A stretch of DNA of 11,961 nt from Candidatus Thorarchaeota archaeon (GTDB lineage Archaea; Asgardarchaeota; Thorarchaeia; Thorarchaeales; Thorarchaeaceae), in NCBI GenBank assembly GCA_016839605.1, contig JAEOTX010000050.1, positions 1 to 11,961 on the forward strand, in the 5' to 3' direction. The stretch's first letter is position 1. Each line of letters begins with the position of its first letter. Below the pieces are notes generated by a model that made no database searches, had not been told where the DNA came from, and saw only the letters and a program-made list of their open reading frames with translations. A program made the translations under genes and the position numbers. This document shows positions 7,688 through 11,961 of this stretch, in pieces.

Positions 7688-8206
7688 ATGGAGTTCTGGA
7701 TTTTACTAATCGCCCTCGAGTTCTTCCTTGCGGGGTTCATGGTTTGGATAGCTTGGCCTACAATATTCGGTGCCCCGTGGATACCCACACCCAAAGACAA
7801 GGCCAGGAGTATGCTCGAGTTAGCGGAAGTTGGTCACCAAGACACAGTCTATGACATAGGGTCTGGCGATGGACGAATCATCATTATGGCCGCCAGCGAG
7901 TTCGGAGCCAAGTCATTTGGGATTGAAATGGACCCGCTCAGAGTAATGTGGTCCCGTCTGGCCATAAGGCGGCATGGACTCTCTCAGCTGGTTGAGGTCC
8001 TTCGAGAGAACTTCTTCAAATCGAATATCGAGAATGCAACAGTGGTCACTGTCTACCAAGGCGTAGGAGTCAATAAGAAACTCAGAGAGAAATTCTCTAA
8101 GGAACTCAAACCAGGCACACGTGTGGTTTCTTATCGATTCAGGTTCCAGGGATGGACACCAGTGAAGACGAACGAGGAAGCCTCATCCTTCCTGTATGTC
8201 ATCTGA
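7688..8206 (+). CDS. Class I SAM-dependent methyltransferase, FAM173/aKMT-like (probable protein-lysine methyltransferase) with N-terminal TM anchor
   Basis: Motif I VYDIGSGDGRII, post-I GIEMDP, pre-MT PWIPTP, and ELKPGTRVVSYRF. N-terminal hydrophobic helix FWILLIALEFFLAGFMVWIAW. ATG 7688 is preferred; the ORF track starts at 7628. Confidence 0.85.
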   Translation: MEFWILLIALEFFLAGFMVWIAWPTIFGAPWIPTPKDKARSMLELAEVGHQDTVYDIGSGDGRIIIMAASEFGAKSFGIEMDPLRVMWSRLAIRRHGLSQLVEVLRENFFKSNIENATVVTVYQGVGVNKKLREKFSKELKPGTRVVSYRFRFQGWTPVKTNEEASSFLYVI

Positions 8207-8215
8207 TAAACGAGA

Positions 8216-9682
8216 CTAAATCAGGCCTACCTTTTCGTTGAAGTCAACGATGAGTTCATCTATCTTTGGTGTCGCCTGTTGCACTCGCTCCCAGTAATCC
8301 GGATAATCGAACCACTGAGCATTCAGCTCATCCAAGTCGAACATCTGTTGCTCAATCCACGTGTAATATTTGAGATGATGAACACGCTTTTTCTCGTAGT
8401 GTCCAAGCTCAATCATTGCATCAGTCTTTTGGGCCATGAGATGTCTGTGATAGTCCTTGATTGCATCCTCTCTTGTATACTCACCATGGGCTGCACGTGC
8501 TTCCTTCAAACGCGATTGATACATGTCCATAGAATCTGTGAAGATTGTTAGAATGACATCATTTCGCGTGAGCTCGTAATACTTGGTGTATTTTATTGCC
8601 ATCAGTGTATTAGCTACACTTGAGATTCCAAGAAGATCAAGATTGTTGACTAATTCCTCGGAAACGCCTATATCATTGATGAGATACTTACGACCAGCAG
8701 GTTCGCAGAACAAGCGAACTAGATTCATTGGATCGTTGTCATCGATGGCGATGATCATATCCGTGTTTCGGACATTGTGAATCCAAGGCACATGTTTGTC
8801 ACCAATTCCTTCGATTCTATGGGCACCATAGCCATTGAGCCAAAGCGTAGGACACTGAACAGCCTCACCTGCTGCAATCCTTGAAAGGGGATATTTCTGC
8901 TTCATGAAGTCGCCACATGCAATTGTTCCTGCAGAACCAGTGGTTAAACAGACTCCACTGTAATTGCCATTCCCCAGTTCCTTGTCGAGCACTTCTGTCA
9001 TCGCGTTACCAGTAACATCATAGTGAAAGAGATAATTACCAAATTCAGAAAACTGATTGAACACGAATATATCATCTCGCGTTCGCCGTAGCTCCCAGAC
9101 TTTGTCATAGATCTCCTTCACATTGCTTTCTGAGCCAGGAGTCTTGATGATCTCACCAGCCACAGTCGCCAACCAGTCAAAACGCTCTTGAGACATCTCT
9201 TCTGGAAGGATAGCAATACTTTCACAGGCCAACAATGATGCATCGTAAGCTCCACCTCGACAATAGTTGCCAGTTGATGGCCATACAGCTTTATGCCTAG
9301 TAGGGTCGAACTGGCCAGTCACTAGAGGCGGCACCAAGCATCCAAACGTGGCACCAACCTTGTGTGCTCCAGTTGGGAACCACTTACCGACAAGGGCGAT
9401 TATTCTAGCCTCGACACCTGTGAGCTCAGGCGGCAGCTCCATGTAATTTGTGATGGGCTGGAAGAGACCACCTTTGTCTTGAGGTTGGTTCTTCCATGTA
9501 ATCCTAAAGAGGTTCTGCGGCATCACATCCCAGAGCTCAATATCCTGAAGCTCCTTCTTGATTCGTTCAGGAGTCTTTGATGGGTCCTTCATCTGTTCAA
9601 AGGTTGGAATGACAATATTTCTCTCTCTGCACCTGTCGATGGTGCGCTTGAGTTGTTCCTCGTGCATTGTGAAATCAATCAT
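8216..9682 (-). CDS. PLP-dependent enzyme, fold type II (cysteine synthase/tryptophan synthase beta superfamily), substrate unknown
   Basis: 488 aa. PLP-lysine motif FPTGAHKVG, STGNY loop, phosphate-binding TTGSAGT, NQF..xN...HY, HRIEGIG and GISS. Confidence 0.88.
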   Translation of the reverse strand: MIDFTMHEEQLKRTIDRCRERNIVIPTFEQMKDPSKTPERIKKELQDIELWDVMPQNLFRITWKNQPQDKGGLFQPITNYMELPPELTGVEARIIALVGKWFPTGAHKVGATFGCLVPPLVTGQFDPTRHKAVWPSTGNYCRGGAYDASLLACESIAILPEEMSQERFDWLATVAGEIIKTPGSESNVKEIYDKVWELRRTRDDIFVFNQFSEFGNYLFHYDVTGNAMTEVLDKELGNGNYSGVCLTTGSAGTIACGDFMKQKYPLSRIAAGEAVQCPTLWLNGYGAHRIEGIGDKHVPWIHNVRNTDMIIAIDDNDPMNLVRLFCEPAGRKYLINDIGVSEELVNNLDLLGISSVANTLMAIKYTKYYELTRNDVILTIFTDSMDMYQSRLKEARAAHGEYTREDAIKDYHRHLMAQKTDAMIELGHYEKKRVHHLKYYTWIEQQMFDLDELNAQWFDYPDYWERVQQATPKIDELIVDFNEKVGLI

Positions 9683-9929
9683 ATCGCTGGCCTCAGTTTA
9701 CGCGGTCCATTGGCAAATCGAATTAACGCAAAAGGCTTTCGGAACAGAACATTGTTCGTTTGCCAGAGGGACACATTAAAAACAGGTGATACACCAGACT
9801 ATCGATAACTCAAACAAGATGAACTGGTATCGTCTGAGTTTCATATTGATGCCCCACTGATGATGAGCCATGGTTGGGGCGATAATGATTGATTGAGTAC
9901 TGATATTAAAGGAAGAGAAGGTAGAAACG

Positions 9930-11961
9930 TTGGCAAAACGCGTTTACAAATTCGGTGCTGGAAAGGCTGATGGTAAAGCCGACATGAAGAACATGCTGGG
10001 AGGAAAGGGTGCCTCACTGGCTGGTGCAACACTTCTGGGTTTGCCGGTCCCCCCTGGCTTCACGATTGCGACTGATGTCTGCAATGAATACCTATCAACG
10101 GGTGGTTTAACGGATTCAGTGAAAGAGGAATCAAAAGAGGCGCTTGCATGGATCGAGGAGATTCTGGGAAAGAAGTTTGGCGACCCGGAAAATCCCCTTC
10201 TGGTTTCATGCCGCTCTGGCGCGAGACAATCAATGCCCGGAATGATGGAAACTGTCTTGAATGTGGGCCTTACAACTGAAACACTTCCAGGGCTGATTAA
10301 GGCCTCTGGTGATGAGAGGTTTGCATATGACTCCTATCGGCGACTCATCATGATGTACTCTGACGTTGTGATGGAGAAAGCTGAAGGGATTGAAACTGAA
10401 GAAGGACAAGGAATTCGACAGCAGCTCGAGTGGATTCTGAACAAGAAGAAGCGTGAGTCTGGTCGACTAAGTGATACCGATCTTACTGTTGATGATCTGA
10501 AGGCTTTAATTGAGGAGTTTAAGGAGAGAGTAAGACATACTCTCGGAAAGGAGTTTCCAGATGACCCCTACGAGCAGCTCTGGGGCGCCATTGGAGGTGT
10601 ATTTAAGAGCTGGTGGGGAAATCGTGCTGTTGCATACAGACGCATTGAAGGAATCCCTGATGAATGGGGTACTGCATGCACTGTCCAGTCAATGGTCTTT
10701 GGAAACCTTGGTGAGGGTTCTGCCACAGGAGTGGCATTCACGAGAGACCCTGCTACTGGTGAAGACAAGTTCTATGGTGAGTGCTTGTTCAACGCACAGG
10801 GTGAAGATGTTGTGGCGGGTATTCGCACCCCCAATCCTATGAATGATGAGAGCAAGAACGACCAGAACAAGGACTTACCCACTCTGCAAGAGGAGATGCC
10901 AAAATTATACAATGAGCTTGTTGATATTAGAGACAAGCTTGAAGACGACTCAAGAGACATGTTGGACCTCGAGTTCACAATTGAGCAAAATCGTTTATTC
11001 TTGGTTCAGCACAGGGTAGGAAAGCGAACTGCAACTGCCGCTTTGAATATCGCACTTGATATGCTTGATGAGGGGATGATCAACAAGCCGACTGCGGTCA
11101 TGCGAATCAGTCCTGAACAGCTAGGACAACTGCTCTATCCAATTCTTGACCCGGAGGAGGAGAAGAAGAAGACTCCAATTGCGCAGGGTCTCCCAGCGGG
11201 ACCTGGGGGTTCCGTTGGACAGATTGTCTTTACTCAAGAGGACGCAGTTGAATGGGCCAACCAAGGCAAGAACGTCATCCTTGTCCGCGAGGAAACCAGC
11301 CCGGAAGACATTGAAGGAATGCGTGCGGCTATTGGAGTTCTCACCGCAAGAGGTGGAATGACGAGTCATGCCGCGCTAGTCACTCGGGGTTGGGGCAAGA
11401 CATGCATTGTTGGAGCCTCAGCACTTGAGATCGACCCCTTCGACAAGAGCATGTCTGTCAACGGCAAAATCTACCGCCAGGGTGATGTTGTGACTCTCAA
11501 TGGTTCGAGAGGTTTCATCTACGAAGGCGAACTGCCAATGATGGACTCGAGCAAGAATCCACGCCTTCAAGAATTCATGGACATGGTGGATGAATTCAGG
11601 CAGATGGATATCAGAGCTAATGCAGACAATCCGGAAGATGCAAAGATCGCACTGGAGTTTGGAGCGGAAGGAATTGGGCTCTTGAGAAGCGAGCACATGT
11701 TCTATGGAGAAGGCTCCGATGAGCCTCTCTTCCTCCTCCGCAAGATGATTATCAGTAAGACGAGAGCCGAGAGGAGGGCTGCTCTTGCTGAACTATCGCC
11801 TTACGTCAAACGTGACATCAAAGCGACTCTGGAAGTCATGGATGGACTTCCAGTGACAATACGTCTGCTCGACCCACCACTCCACGAGTTTGTGCCACAG
11901 AGCAGAATTGGTCAGGAAAGACTTGCTCACTCTCTTGGGATCGGGATGGAAGAGGTTCGTG
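9930..11961 (+). CDS. ppdK: Pyruvate, phosphate dikinase; 3'-truncated by the window edge
   Basis: TTG start at 9930 gives MAKRVYKFGAGKADGKADMKNMLGGKG...GLPVPPGFTI. Further motifs: PLLVSCRSGA..SMPGMMETVLNVG, NAQGEDVVAGIRTP, phospho-His motif GGMTSHAALV (His codon 11367-11369), GAEGIGLLRSEHMF and TIRLLDPPLHEF. The start, His motif and LDPPLHEF motif are in the same frame. Absent from the ORF track because no stop lies in the window. Confidence 0.97.
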   Translation, partial: MAKRVYKFGAGKADGKADMKNMLGGKGASLAGATLLGLPVPPGFTIATDVCNEYLSTGGLTDSVKEESKEALAWIEEILGKKFGDPENPLLVSCRSGARQSMPGMMETVLNVGLTTETLPGLIKASGDERFAYDSYRRLIMMYSDVVMEKAEGIETEEGQGIRQQLEWILNKKKRESGRLSDTDLTVDDLKALIEEFKERVRHTLGKEFPDDPYEQLWGAIGGVFKSWWGNRAVAYRRIEGIPDEWGTACTVQSMVFGNLGEGSATGVAFTRDPATGEDKFYGECLFNAQGEDVVAGIRTPNPMNDESKNDQNKDLPTLQEEMPKLYNELVDIRDKLEDDSRDMLDLEFTIEQNRLFLVQHRVGKRTATAALNIALDMLDEGMINKPTAVMRISPEQLGQLLYPILDPEEEKKKTPIAQGLPAGPGGSVGQIVFTQEDAVEWANQGKNVILVREETSPEDIEGMRAAIGVLTARGGMTSHAALVTRGWGKTCIVGASALEIDPFDKSMSVNGKIYRQGDVVTLNGSRGFIYEGELPMMDSSKNPRLQEFMDMVDEFRQMDIRANADNPEDAKIALEFGAEGIGLLRSEHMFYGEGSDEPLFLLRKMIISKTRAERRAALAELSPYVKRDIKATLEVMDGLPVTIRLLDPPLHEFVPQSRIGQERLAHSLGIGMEEVR

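Noticed and set aside
8207-8215. Very tight convergent gene ends (9 nt here; 5 nt at 530-534)
   Set aside because: Common in compact archaeal genomes and not informative by itself.
8279-9779. Plus-strand ORFs inside the PLP-enzyme gene
   Set aside because: Antisense shadows.
9786-9866. Fluoride riboswitch (GGTGAT...CTGATGA) or eukaryote-like SECIS (minus-strand ATGA plus stem)
   Set aside because: It lacks the GATGGNGT/ACNCC pseudoknot. The stem has no opposing GA to form a SECIS core, and no adjacent gene has an in-frame TGA.
9857-9885. Hammerhead ribozyme (CTGATGA core)
   Set aside because: No stem II followed by GAAA, and no stem III/NUH arrangement.
9841-11696. All ORF-track calls in this span, including the Arg-rich 11146..11361
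   Set aside because: Off-frame or antisense to ppdK. The poly-Arg is an alternate reading of GAG GAG GAG AAG AAG AAG (EEEKKK).

Overview
Gene-dense archaeal-looking window. The family repertoire (24-aa IDLxPL-type LRR protein, giant N-glycosylated single-pass protein with a cytoplasmic longin-like tail, GGAGG/GGAGTGA Shine-Dalgarno sites) suggests an Asgard archaeon, probably Thorarchaeia; this is inference, not a search result. In order: 3' end of an NDP-forming acyl-CoA synthetase alpha-type gene (+); small Zn-binding 2-TM protein (-); candidate 36-41 aa small ORF (+); cytoplasmic LRR protein (-); 1568-aa receptor-like surface protein (-); membrane-anchored FAM173/aKMT-like SAM methyltransferase (+); fold-type II PLP enzyme (-); structured 247-nt intergenic region; and pyruvate,phosphate dikinase (ppdK, +, runs off the end and is missing from the ORF track). 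The best novelty candidate is the LamG/Ig-like ectodomain-TM-longin-like-wHTH-like protein, possibly forming a trans-membrane signalling module with its LRR, Zn-membrane and methyltransferase neighbours. No rRNA, tRNA, CRISPR array or mobile element was seen.
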